Part shown: in pieces, positions 1 to 14,099 of the stretch
Numbering within the stretch: position 1 is the stretch's first letter
Layout of the letters: every line of letters begins with the position of its first letter
Assembly: GCA_951406725.2 (NCBI GenBank)
Contig: OX597816.1
Location: forward strand, 31,558,001 to 31,622,000
From: Octopus vulgaris
Lineage: Eukaryota
Direction: 5' to 3'
DNA length: 64,000 bases
Program-made: the position numbers and the translations under genes
Notes under the pieces: generated by a model
Told to the model about the DNA's origin: nothing
The model's database searches: none
Seen by the model: the letters and a program-made list of their open reading frames with translations, nothing else

Positions 1-325
1 AAAGAAATGGAGAAACTCTCAAAATACAAAGACCTGGAAATAGAGGTAACTAGAATGTGGAATCTGAAAACAGAAACAATTCCTATCATAGTAGGTGCAT
101 TAGGCATGATAAAAAAATATTGAGACAAATACATAACAAAAACACCAGGACTTACAAACACATATAACATACAGAAAATTGCACTACTAGGCACTGCACA
201 CATCCTACGCAGAACACTTTCCATACAATAACCATCAGAGCATCACAACAAATCACAGCACATACCGAAGGCACACAGAGCTGCGCTCGGTAGTGAAGTG
301 AAAGCACGCTATAAAAATAAAACTA

Positions 326-330
<5 letters not shown>
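1..330 (+). mobile_element. 3' end of R4/Dong-clade LINE, family A (RLE C-terminus + 3' UTR), runs off window start
   Basis: Frame 1 reads KEMEKLSKYKDLEIEVTRMWNLKTETIPIIVGALGMIKKY*DKY...GTAHILRRTLSIQ*. The premature TGA at 121-123 is TCA in the copies at 48.6 and 51.2 kb. The 3' UTR ends ...aaactactgaa followed by (TAA)n. Confidence 0.9.
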
Positions 331-367
<37 letters not shown>

Positions 368-368
368 G

Positions 369-403
<35 letters not shown>

Positions 404-417
404 GATAATAATAATAA

Positions 418-448
<31 letters not shown>

Positions 449-496
449 AATATGGATTTGTTCGAAGTAACATTATCATTACTTTTAATTTCTTTA

Positions 497-561
<65 letters not shown>
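329..561. repeat. compound microsatellites (TAA)n, (GAA)n, (CT)n, (TA)n
   Basis: Directly visible. Confidence 0.97.
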
Positions 562-565
<4 letters not shown>

Positions 566-788
566 CTTCAAATAGACCTACACATGTTTCTACTGCATTG
601 ATTAGTAACCATTGCAACTGCAACCATACTATAATACCGGTGTAGTTTCCTCTGGTTCTCCAATTTAATGTATTTTGATTTAAATGTTTAAAGTGTTTCG
701 CTGATTTTCTTTGCGCTTTATGATGTTGAGTTGTACGTTAATTTTGACGCGACACCAACTGCAATTCAAGTTTTGTTTGGATAGTATA

Positions 789-883
<95 letters not shown>

Positions 884-2207
884 CCAAATGGCAAGCGTAA
901 TTCATTATGGAATGTTCCCTCGAACGCTGTCACGTTGTATCAAACTAATGTTGGGGTTTAGATATAGGTCAATCTGATAGAAAAAATGTCATCTATTCAT
1001 GCTGATAACGATAATCCTGTGACATTTTGATCTAGCTTATCTAAGAACACATAAATGTCGTTTCTCCTGTTGTAGAGAGATTTTAGCCTCTATCAGATTT
1101 TAAAGATTTACCAGATATATAAAGTAAGACAATCTGACACTTACATTCCTGTTATTCTTCAACACGTAATACGTACGTGACATTTCCTGAGTTCGACTGA
1201 ATAGATTGCACATTCGTCGTTCATCGTTATTGTAATATTTGACCGTTTGCATCTTTCAAGAAGTACTAAAATGTTATTGCATTTTCTTTTAAAATATGAA
1301 TATTATTTAAGAAAAAACAATACATTGCATCGATCTCATAGTAATGGCATAGCAAAAAATATCATTACTTACTAGACATTCTTCTATTGTTATGATATTG
1401 ACAGCACCAAGGGTAAACTTTAAGGGTAAGAGAATACAGAAGAGTGACACATCTAGTCGTCTATTTTTACCCATTTTCACCAGTGTTCACTTTAACGTCA
1501 CGAGATATATTTAAATAAAATCTTATAAAAGTTGCTAGGTGTTTATGTATATTTGACAGCATCTGTAAAAAGAAGCCGTGACGGTCAAATCAATATGATA
1601 TTGCTAAAAAAGATAAGTTTGTGTCATGAATCTTGTCACTGAATTTTGAGCTATTATCACAGCCACTCGGATGATAATTATCTCTCTCCAAGATACTTAA
1701 CACATAAATGCTTAGTATAATTGACAGCATCTAGTTTCCACTAAAGAAAATAGTTCACTACATTTCTAGCCATTGACATCATTAAATTTTATATAGGCGA
1801 GTGAATACAAAACAATTTGGCTCTATTTCATTACAATGATAACTCCCAAGAGAGTGTCACGCAACGTTCTATAAAGGACCGTAAAGTAATACTTTTCAAA
1901 TCATAGTGTATGTAGTTTCTAGTATATCTCCTTTGTCAAGATTGTTTGCCGGAATGTATAATGCCTTAACACATTTGTTAAAATATTTCTATTCGGTTAT
2001 CTCTGAAAATATTGAACAGCTCTCTCTGTGTTGGTATCCGTAGCACGTTCGGTAAGTCTGCGTCCGAAACACACAGTTCCATGTTCAGAACCACTGTAGG
2101 GAAATATAGTAGAAGTGTCTTGCCTCATGACCTCATGTTGACTACATATACGTTAGCTGATTTCTTAAACACAAACGGTAAGAATCGTATATATATGTGC
2201 ATAATGC

Positions 2208-2384
<177 letters not shown>

Positions 2385-2806
2385 CAGACACAATCCCGAA
2401 CAAGGGATAATCGCAAATTTCCGAGCGAAATTCAGAACATTATGTAGCAATATAGGGAATATGTAATTGTAATAATTCTAGATATCACATTGGATATTGT
2501 CTAAATTAGGCTTATCAGTAAGGGAGTGAAACCATTAGAAAACGTCCCCAATAAATCTCCATAGGGGAATCTGAACCGTATCGTTCACAATGGGAATAAT
2601 CCGATCGATTATATATTTACTAATTCTGCCCAAATCGAACTTGGTGGGGCAGATTAATCTAATCGAAGGACTTGATAAGAATTCAGACTTCTGGGCCTTC
2701 AAGAGACAAAGGGGATTTATTTAGCTTCAGGCTGGGTTTTATCAAGCGCCCCCAAACAAGAGATGATATATAGATGAGTATCATTAATCTCTTCTAAATA
2801 TGTATA

Positions 2807-2883
<77 letters not shown>

Positions 2884-4319
2884 GAATGTATGTATATATA
2901 TATGTATATATATATATGAATGTATGTATATATAAGCACATGCAACACACACATACAAACACACATGCAGGCGCACACACATATATATATGCCAAAAGAG
3001 AGAAATTGAATAAGTACTGAAGACGTTTCAATCGATTAAAATCTGTCAAGAGGCTGCCATACCATTGCTGCAGTACAGAGAATAAAAAATGTGATAGAAT
3101 AAAATATATTACAAAACTAATTTTAACAATTTTAACTGCGTTGTTTTTCTCTGGTGGTAAATTTATCACGTTTAAGTCATTATTTGGAACCTAAATTACC
3201 AAGAAATTTAGATGTTATTTTTTATTTTAGACAATTTTATAATGGAAAGACTGTATCATATAACCAAAGTGAGTTGGTATCAAAAGGTTTAAACTGTGGA
3301 ATAATTAAGTTCCGAATATTATAATAATTCTGATCATTCAGAACTTACCTGGCGTTCAACAACAGAAAGGGTAATGTATAATGAGATAGATTTAATCAGA
3401 TATAAGATATAAAACATTTAAAATCTTTAATGGACCAAAATTGCATCAAAATGCGAGAAAGAAACTACAGCGTGTTTAGTTTTAAGTATATTTTGCGTAT
3501 AGCATTCAGTCCGTCATAAACAATTTGTAATTCCCGAATATGTGTATATAACGTATTTCTATCAGTTAAATATATAACTATCGTTACGTAGTGGATGAGA
3601 ATAAAGGCACAATTTTCACGCAGTGTTCTTTTGAGACTGTAATAGAAAATGATCGGCATTTCGAAAATATCCATGAAATACACATTCATGTGTTTATTTT
3701 CTTCCAGTAGAATTGTTATTTTTGTATCAGTAGGTGATTACTAGTTACGTTTGTAGTTAGTTACTGTCTTTTATTTAGGATAAACGTAGCTGTTTGAGGA
3801 AAATCATATCATCTTTCATATTATGGATCCTGTACTAAATAAACAGACTCTAAAACTTGTAATCCTAAAGAGGAGAGGAAATGATAATCAACCAAGCGTT
3901 TAGATTATATCATGCTGTTATGTAGAAGCTGTATGAAATAACCAGAAGCTTCCTACTTTAGTGAAGAGTGAAACGTAACAGATAATTCCAGCCTTAAGAG
4001 GCTTATACTGGTGAGGTAGACAACGAAGAAGTGTACGAGAAAACTCCATGTTGGATGTATGTATAAATATATGTGCATGTGTGTGTGCGCGCATATGTTT
4101 GTACGTCTACGTGTGCTAGCACGTGCGAAGCCACACAAATGCACAGATATAATTTTTCTCCGCTAAGAAGGATATTGTGCAACTGCTAACCAACTTGTTT
4201 TCTTCGAGTGTTAGTTTCCATGTTTATTCATGCGGTTTTGAGATTCCCAATTATATTTTTTCCCTTGAATTATTTATTTTGTTCTTTTACAAATTTTATG
4301 ATGCTAATATGACTCGCTC

Positions 4320-4426
<107 letters not shown>

Positions 4427-5022
4427 CATATATACATATATACATATATACATATATATCAAAGAGCGAGCACACACACACACACACATGTACCTCCTTC
4501 TTTCTCTAATATCAGGAGAATCTATAAATGCGCACGATTTGTCCCTCTATGCCTAATGTTTCTCATCAAAACATTGGAAATATTCATATTGCTATCAGGC
4601 CATTTCAGCCACAACAATACTTTCTGCACTGCAATACACATTAACAGTATCATTTAATCAATCAGACCTGTAAATTTAGAAAGGTTGTGGATGAAACCAG
4701 TTTGATAATTTAGGGAATGCACATGCAAGAAATGAATACTATAACCTATTTCAAAATAATATAAGCCTCGTTCGTTTCAGTTAATAAGACTAGGACGACG
4801 ATGTGCCATTTAAATTACAGCTTCAAATTCTGACACATGACCAGAATAGTCGATTACATCGACCATAATAATTCAGTAGTACCTATTTTATCAAACCGGA
4901 AAGAATAAAAGTCAAGCTGTCCCCGTCGTAATTCGGGCACAGAAACATATCTTTCTCATTATTCTATAGGTTCTGGAAGCCCGTTATAATTTTATCTACA
5001 AGCATAATATTACGTTGATTCT

Positions 5023-5254
5023 TATTTCTTTATTGCCCACAACTGGCTAAACATAGAGGGGACAAACAAGGACAGATAAAGGTATTAAGTCGGTAACATC
5101 GACCTCAGTGCGTAACTGGTACTTAATTTATCACCCCGAAAGGATGAAAGTCAAAGTCGATCTCGGCGGAATTTGAACTCAGAACGTAGCGAGAGACGTA
5201 ATATCGTTAGATAGTACGCCTGGCGTGCTAACATTTCTGCCAGCTCTCCACCTT
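5023..5254 (-). mobile_element. tRNA-derived SINE, family S1 (central motif GGTCGACTTTGCCTTTCATCCTTTCGGGGTCGATAAATTAAGTACCAG)
   Basis: Closely matches copies at 29.0 and 38.8 kb. B-box-like GAGTTCAAATTCC on the minus strand. 22-bp TSD agcataatattacgtt(g/c)attct at 5001-5022 and 5255-5276. Older decayed copies near 4820-4950, 11135-11260, 14545-14740, 28600-28980, 29310-29520, 33180-33390, 39570-39770 and 46130-46390. Confidence 0.88.
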
Positions 5255-5589
5255 AGCATAATATTACGTTCATTCTGTCGCCTAAAAGAACTCCCGGAGA
5301 TATATTTCCTAAGCACATTTTTTCTTGATGCCACTCCGGATATTCCCGATCAAGTGGCTCAAAGAATACAAGCATTTCAATCGTGACAGTCTTAGATTCT
5401 TTTATATTGTATAAAATATAGTCACTATTAAATATTATCTTTCATCGTTATACATCACAGATTCTTTCACCACATGAAGACACCGTCTTTTGCTCTTATA
5501 TCGGTTTCATTATTTAGTAAAATTCTGATTTACGCACATCCATCCTCTCTTGAGTATATTTTACTGTGTAACTTGTACCGCGTTACTAC

Positions 5590-5636
<47 letters not shown>

Positions 5637-5742
5637 TGTGTGTGTGTGTGATAAACACACACTTATAAACAAGGACAGAGGAACATACATATACATATGC
5701 ATGTATAAATATATGTATATACACACTTACAAACAAGGACAG

Positions 5743-5858
<116 letters not shown>

Positions 5859-5935
5859 TGCATGTATGTATATACATAAGAATGCACACACATAAACTTA
5901 CAGAAAAGGGCAAAGACACATACAATACATACGCA

Positions 5936-5984
<49 letters not shown>

Positions 5985-6384
5985 TAGTACTACCACTACA
6001 CTGCTGCAATCAACTGTGTCAGCTTTAACATATGACACTAAACATTAGCATTTAATACTAACACAGGGACGTAGCGTAGAAATTACACCTTACAAAAAAT
6101 TATCTAAGAGTAATTTTGTGTCTATCCTCTCCCAATGTAATTCTATTCAAAACATACTAATCTGAGACATGAATTCCCCATGAAAATAGTACAAGATTGA
6201 AACACTAGTCAGAGGCAAAACTGCTTCGACATAAGCCACGTCTTTCTAATTCAAATTTTTGAAAATCAGTGTAAACCGGTTGAATCTTTAAATTTAATAA
6301 TAAAATATATTTTAAGTATTCTCAGTGCATTTTCAAAGCCTATGTTTCCTATATTTCTTCCCGTACAGCTCTTACTGCACTATG

Positions 6385-7430
6385 ATTGGGCGTTGACGCA
6401 CTCAACCCTCAAATGTGAATGTAATATACCCTGACGTTTCAAAAGCATATGCTAAAGTGGATCATGGTATGATATGCCATAGAGTGCGCGATCTGGGCGT
6501 GGCTGGAAAACTTGATATGCTCTCAACTACCCGGATAGTCACACCTGCTAGATATGCAGACGATACGAAAGTATCGCAGAAAATAAAGAAGTTCAGCCAT
6601 GTCGCACACTTGCAGCAGGAGTTGGTCTCAATTAACATATGGGCCAAGGATAATAATGTGCAGTTTAATGGTGAATAATTTAATGCCCCGCGCTACCAGC
6701 ATGTAAAACTGAATATAAAACTTACTGGGTACACTAGTCCACAGAGGATTACGATCGCACAGCCTAAATCAGTGAGAGACCTAAGTATCGACATGAGTAA
6801 TGACACCTCTTTCCAAGTGCACATTACTAGGATGGCGCCAAGGTGCAGGCGATTGGCTGGTTACTGATAACGTTCAAAACCAGAGAGAAGGAAACCATGA
6901 TGGTCCTCTGGATGACATTTTTCCATATCCGCCTAGATTACTGCTTTCAACTACATAAAATTAACAGCAGAACTTGAAGCAATCCCGTGATGCTTCACAA
7001 AGAAGACCGTCGCATCGCAACAGCTCTGCTACTAAGAACGGCTGAAACTGCTAAGACTCTACTTCCTGAAGCGAAGGCGGATAGGTAAGCAGCAATATAC
7101 ATCTCAAAGATCCTCGAAAGAAATTCTGCCAAATTTTGGCACAGAAAGTTAAACCAATGCCAGAATGGATCGACACTGCACAGTACCAAACATCCCAGCA
7201 ATGTCATCGAGCTTCAGGACAAATTACTGCAACAGCTTGGGTTTTAGGGGCCAACATTTTGTTTTAATATTCGCCCAAAGAGCCTGACGGACCTACACAA
7301 AGAGGATGAATGTATTTCCAAATGAAAACTGGACCTTTTCCTGTCGTGAGTCCCAGATGAACCTATCTCACGGCAAGAGGTGCAAATGAGTGTAGCGATT
7401 ATCAATTTCCATTCTTCACCAAATGCTACA
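6385..7430 (+). mobile_element. decayed CR1-clade LINE, RT region and 3' part, internally deleted
   Basis: NVIYPDVSKAYAKVDHG (CR1 consensus DVIYLDFxKAFDKVDH), YADDTK, LQQELVSINIWAKDNNVQFN, then VRDLSIDM...RLDYCFQL. The GVPQG motif is deleted and there are stops and frameshifts. Confidence 0.8.
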
Positions 7431-8355
7431 TATTAGAGGAAGCTCTCAGAGATAACAATGTAAACACAGTAGCGAAATGGCGGTATATCAGCTGGTCACT
7501 GCTCTGAGATGAAACTAAAGAAAAATATCTAGGTATATAATATATATACATACATTATCACACCGACATGCACGGATACATCTTTCAGAGTACAAAGATA
7601 CACATGTACAGAAACATACAGTGATCACATCACTACTGCCTCCATTGAGAACATATAAGCACGCTATACAGAGACACAGCAACATACGCACTCACCTCTC
7701 ACCAATGTAATGCTCAAATCATCCCCACATAAACACACTCGTGCCATCACACACACACAAGTGTATAAAATCACGCCAAGAGGACTACTCAGACACACAT
7801 GCAGGCACAGAACAATAAACAGCACGCGTGAAAAATCGTACACAGCTGTCTATGTACGCATAGCAATTTTTTGGATGATGGTCTCTGTTGAATGTGGGTT
7901 ATGGCAGTTCGGTGCTGTTTACAGGGTGGTAATGTATGAAGGTAGCCTTCAGGGCCTGTAAACACGCGTAATACATTGATTTAATTTGCTAATGATCTTT
8001 TTCCTAATAAGCGAGATTGATAAAGAATAAACAAAACAGAATTCACATGTCTTAGAATTAGTGTAGTAGGATTTTGTATATTTTATGATTGACCATGAAA
8101 TCTCAAATTTTATCCCGTCGGGTTTCAATTGCCATAGACAATCCGCTAGTGATATCACGTGTCTCCTTGTTCGCTTTTCTAAAATTAGAGATATTATTAT
8201 CCTACGTGAGGAGTCTTCTATGTACCGTCAGTTGCATCTGGTGTTATTGTATCGTTCCACGCCTACAAAGGAGCAGTGCATCTCGAAGATGAAACAATTG
8301 TTGAGGTAATATAAATATTTTTCTTGGCACATTCAGTCCTTTTCTTTTTTTATCT

Positions 8356-8776
<421 letters not shown>

Positions 8777-9100
8777 GTATGTGCCTCTCTGCGTGAGTGT
8801 GTGTATATGTATGTGTGTGTGCTTGCATTTGTCTATGCGAATTGTTTCGTACAAACGCAGCCCACTATGGGGTTACCTGCCGTTGCCCTAGCGCGACATT
8901 CTAGGTATGGCATCTGAAGTGAAGGACGCATCTCTAGAGCTCGTCTGCTATTCGTTTTCAGTTGAAGTCTGCAAAATGTTGAAATCATCTTGTAGGAACA
9001 GCAATCTTAAAGGAAGAGAACTTGCGATTACACTTTTATGAGCGTGATTCCAACGCTTTCAAGTGATCATATACCTAATTAAGTCTAGGCGTTCTATATA

Positions 9101-9509
9101 CTCTTTTACTCTTTTATTTGTTTCAGTCATCTGACTGCGGCCATGCTGAAGCACCGCCTTTAATCGAGCAACTCGACCCCGGGACTTATTCTTTTGTAAG
9201 CCCAGTACTTATTCTATCGGTCTCTTTTGCCGAACCGCTAAGTTACGGGGACATAAACACACCAGCTTCGGCTGTCAAGCAATGCTACGGGGACAAACAC
9301 AGACACACAAACACACACACGCATACATATATATATACATATATAAGACGGGCTTCTTTCAGTTTCCGTCTACCAAATCCACTCACAAGGCTTTGGTCGG
9401 GCCGAGGCTATAGTAGAAAACACTTGCCCAAGGTGCCACACAGTGGGACTGAACCCGGAACCATGTGGTTGGTAAGCAAGCTACTTACCACACAGCCACG
9501 CCTGCGCCT
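9101..9509 (-). mobile_element. tRNA-derived SINE, family S3 (internal TA/TG microsatellite, tail ...AAAAGAGTAAAAGAG)
   Basis: Reverse complement of the copy at 12292-12700. Head GGCGCAGGCGTGGCTGTGTGGTAAG...GGGTTCAGTCCC followed by CCTTGGGCAAG. Confidence 0.9.
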
Positions 9510-10678
9510 ATATAGTATTAATTTTTTGTGGAATTCAATATTTGTGCAGCAGTCTCTCAATATATGCCTCCATATTTAAAGTACATTCTAACCGTACTGA
9601 TTAACTTCTAACCGTACTTAATAATAGCATTTCTGATTCACTTGACGCCATTCTTAACAGAGCCAATGGCATGGTACAAAAATGTTTTGGATACAGGATA
9701 GATAGGAGATAGAATAGAAATACCTATGGATTTCCCATTTTTGTTCCTAGAGAATCAGTATCAGATGAGATGAAACGTTAGGTAGAGCGGTTTTTGTACG
9801 GAGAATACAACGTAACGTCACTAAATATCATCCCACCTGCGACTCTCACGTGTCTCATACATTTAATTACTAACTAAGCCATAAATTAGTATCACCTACT
9901 GCATGCGTACAGTCGATTTTATCGAGTGAAGTATTAGGCTCTTATTATATTTTATTGATCTGGAAGGAATTAAATCAGACTCAATCTCACTGGGATTTGA
10001 AATCATAATGAAAATGGATGTGCAAAATCAATAGTCACCATCTTTTTTTCACATTTGTATAACACGAGTCAAATAATATTAAGACGAGATAATAAATGTT
10101 TATTCTATTATTCAGCAGATATTTCGAACAGAAAGGCTTTAACGGAATGATAATAACGGTTAAGCAAATTAAGCACAAATAAATTTCTATGATGGTAGAT
10201 AACTTGTCAATCTATTATTCACACCATATTCGACGTTAATTATCATTGACAACTGTCAATCTCTAACAGCGGTATTTCTGTTTTCTGCCATAATTAGTGA
10301 AAAGTAATTTGGTTGGCAAAGGCTTTCAACAGGATAATTATTCATGTATTCACTTTTCTTCTGACAGCTAGCATGACAAGGGACTGTATCTAACTAGATG
10401 TCGAACATATATGAATACGTGCTTCGATACTTCAGCGGCGGGTTTGCAGGTTTGACGTCGATTATTTCACGCTATACTGATGTGTATACTAATATAAGCA
10501 CTTTTATATGTTGAGAAATATGTCACATATAATCAGCATTCTCTCCGCACGCAAACACTTGTAATTATGTAATTTATAATGCAATATATTAGAGGCGTTT
10601 CGTTGATCAAGTCTACTGGACCAGATTAATAGTTCTTTCAGGTATAGGCAGAAGGTCTGAACTATTATCAGGAAATTA

Positions 10679-11115
10679 GGATCTTTTCGGTTTGAACGGC
10701 AGTTTTTAACATAATTTCTAGGTAACTAAAAAATGTTTAACTTCGTATACTGGTAGAATGTGTTTATAACACAAATTTTTCTCTTGGCTTTATTGAGAAA
10801 ATTCTATAGTTTCTAAGATATTTGTTGTTTTTTTTTTTCTTCAATTCCTGCAATTCCTGTGACGTCTATTGAGGCAAAAAAAATACATTTGCGCCGTATG
10901 AATATGTCCCTCGTTTAAGAAACATATGGGGTTTATTTAAATTTGTGAAGAAGAAAAAATACCCTTCCCCCACCCCTAACTCTAACTCTAAACCTAACTA
11001 ACCCTAACTCTAAAACAGATTGAAATGCAACAGATCGATACTAGGGTCATAATTATGGGTGATATTTTCATATGACACGGCTAGAAAAAAACTGCCGTTC
11101 AAATCGAAAACATCC
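10679..11115. mobile_element. 437-bp MITE with 29-bp TIRs and 8-bp TSD (GG termini; Merlin-like, superfamily uncertain)
   Basis: TIRs ggatcttttcggtttgaacggcagttttt (10679-10707) and aaaaactgccgttcaaatcgaaaacatcc (11087-11115). TSD ggaaatta at 10671-10678 and 11116-11123. Confidence 0.9.
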
Positions 11116-11642
11116 GGAAATTATAGTCTTCAACTTCAACCTCAGTACTCCACTGGTTACTGCTGCTTCTTTTATCGATCACAAATGGGATTAGAAAGAG
11201 GCTAACCTCGGCGGCATTTGGACTCAAAACGTGAAAACGAACAAACCATCGCTAAAAATTCTCTTTCTCATCAGATTGGATCAGAATAATAATGCTCACG
11301 TTTTGACATATTCATAGCTGTTTTTTCTACAAATTGCTACTTTGCCTTTGTTCTTCATTTTCTTATTAACTTGCAAACTTATCTGCAATTAAAGATGATT
11401 TGTTGGTTAGTCTCAGCTTTTTCAAATATTTTTTTCTGATAATTCAAAAATGGTAGAAGGTTATTTTCAATCGGTTTCTTGATGTAGAAGAACCTAAATA
11501 ATCCTTTCATTTCCAGTACGATATTAAAACAGTAAGATAACAATTGCTACGTTGCTATAGGTGGTTAGAAAAAAATCAACAACTATATATATATATATAT
11601 ATATTTATTTCTCGAGAAGTGACACATGTAGTTGAATATTTC

Positions 11643-11712
<70 letters not shown>

Positions 11713-11854
11713 AGACATAGTATTTCTCTCAAGTTATCAAACCTTTCAGGAGGAAACATCCCGTAGAAGTACCAACTATCGTTCCTTTTTAAAGATATAT
11801 AAATTTCATTTTGTATCTGCTTTAATATTGTAACCGGAGAAAGATCTAGACGAA

Positions 11855-12180
11855 AACTTGCTCCCCAGGCATATGATTCCTAGTTCAGTCTAACTGTGTG
11901 GTACCTAGAGTGTCTTCTAGTAATGTCTCGGGTTGACAAATATTTTATGAGTGGATTTAGTTGACGGAAACTGAAAGAAGCCTGTCGTAGGTATGTATTT
12001 ATATGTGCATGTCTTCGAGCAGTGCTGGTGATTTTACGTCCCAAGTAACATAGACACTCGTCGAAAGTGACTGCTAGAATAAGGTCTATAAGTCATGAGA
12101 TGTCGTGGGGTCGATTTGATCGACTAAAACACTTGCAGACGGTGCTGCAGCATGGCCGCAGTCAAATGACTAAAAGAAGC
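11855..12180 (+). mobile_element. older decayed SINE S3 copy
   Basis: Shares gagtggattt..gacggaaactgaaagaagcc and gcatggccgcagtcaaatgact with the 12292 copy. Confidence 0.75.
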
Positions 12181-12291
12181 CGAAGAATTCGATCAACAGC
12201 GAGAATTCTTCCTTCCGACTATTATACATGAACGACTCGATTACACACTACTGAGCATCCTCTGACTATTTATTAATTGATAAACCACGTA

Positions 12292-12461
12292 GGCGCAGGA
12301 GTGGCTGTGTGGTAAGTAGCTTGCTTACAAACCACATGGTTCCGGGTTCAGTCCCACTGCGTGGCATCTTGGGCAAGTATCTCTGCTATAGCCCCGGGCC
12401 GACCAATGCCTTGTGAGTGGATTTGGTAGACGGAAACTGAAAGAGGCCTGTCGTATATATG

Positions 12462-12494
<33 letters not shown>

Positions 12495-12700
12495 CTGTGT
12501 TTGTCCCCCTCGCGTTGCTTGACAACCGATGCTGGTGTGTTTACGTCCCAGTCACTTAGCGGATAGGCAAAAGAGACCGATAGAATAAGTGCTGGGCTTA
12601 CAAAAGAATAAGTCCCGGGGTCGATTTGCTCGACTAAAGGCGGTGCTCCAGCATGGCCGCAGTCAAATGACTGAAACAAGTAAAAGAGTAAAGAGAGAGA
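12292..12700 (+). mobile_element. tRNA-derived SINE, family S3
   Basis: Full head, body and tail, in inverted orientation relative to 9101-9509. Fragments also at ~21422-21560 and ~60300-60470. Confidence 0.9.
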
Positions 12701-13220
12701 GTACCACTAGTACCTGAGTCACACTAAAACATCAACGTATCGCTTCTCGAAATAATAACAATAATTGTACGATATTAAATTTAAGTAAAATATCTCATAT
12801 TTTACTATAGAAAATGAGATTAATTGTGATACTGTTGCGTTGCCAACGTTATTGAATTAAAACGTTGGCTCTCTTGTCTAGCAAATATGTAGGTAGGGAG
12901 ACTGATGGATGATAAAAATCTGTTCTGTTTGCTGAAGTTTATTTGAGAAATTGTACCAAGCATTGATCGATTTGGAGTACGACGCCACGAGTCATCTACG
13001 TGGAGAAGTTGGAAATTCAACTGGAAACATGTGATGTGACCTGTACAGAATTTTGACAGTCTATATTGATGCAGGAATGGCTAATTCTGTAAGTCGCAAC
13101 TGTAAATCAATACGGCAAACTAAATTCTGCACAGCTTTTCTCCAAACACACAAAACTATACGAACATACGAACATATATACACACGTGCAAATACTTGAG
13201 TGTAAATATCAAAACACACG

Positions 13221-13285
<65 letters not shown>

Positions 13286-13289
13286 TATA

Positions 13290-13387
<98 letters not shown>

Positions 13388-13487
13388 CATATATATGTAT
13401 TTACATATACATACGTATATATATATAACTATACATATCTATGCTTTTATATAGAGAGACACATACAAACAGACACACACACATATC

Positions 13488-13539
<52 letters not shown>

Positions 13540-14099
13540 TATACATATTTATGCGTTTATATATAGAGACACATACACATACACACAAATATATATATAT
13601 TAAAATATATTTATGCTACACGAACATATACGTATATGTATATATGTGTATGCATACCGACGTGCTTACACCCATATACATTTACAAGCGAACACACACG
13701 TGTATAATATCTTTTGTTTTGGGTTACCTTCATGTCAAAGCAACATTTATCCTAAGTCAAAAATAATATATCAAAATAAGTTTCAGGGAAAAATTTTTTT
13801 GTGTTATTTATTTTAAAGTATCTTCACAAAATCTTGTCATTCGCTATAACTTTTACTTTGAATGCCGTTGGATCATAAAGAAATATATATAGATGTAAAC
13901 TAAGATATACACGGCTGGACTGCTCATCATACACAAAGACTCAGAAGTACACGCACACATACATGTATACACAACAATCATAGGTATATTCATACATTAA
14001 TACATAAACATCATGCGATGGTACGGTGAATAGAGATTGACTGACCTGGGAATATTTTACAATACATAGGAAAATATGACAGTCGGACCTCTCATCTTA

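Noticed and set aside
3342-3353. ACTTACCTGG resembling the U1 snRNA 5' end or a minus-strand splice donor
   Set aside because: No further U1 sequence follows and there is no convincing exon upstream on the minus strand.
9118-12679. Similar ORFs at 9118-9579 and 12386-12679 suggesting a paralogous gene pair
   Set aside because: Both are antisense translations of the same SINE family.
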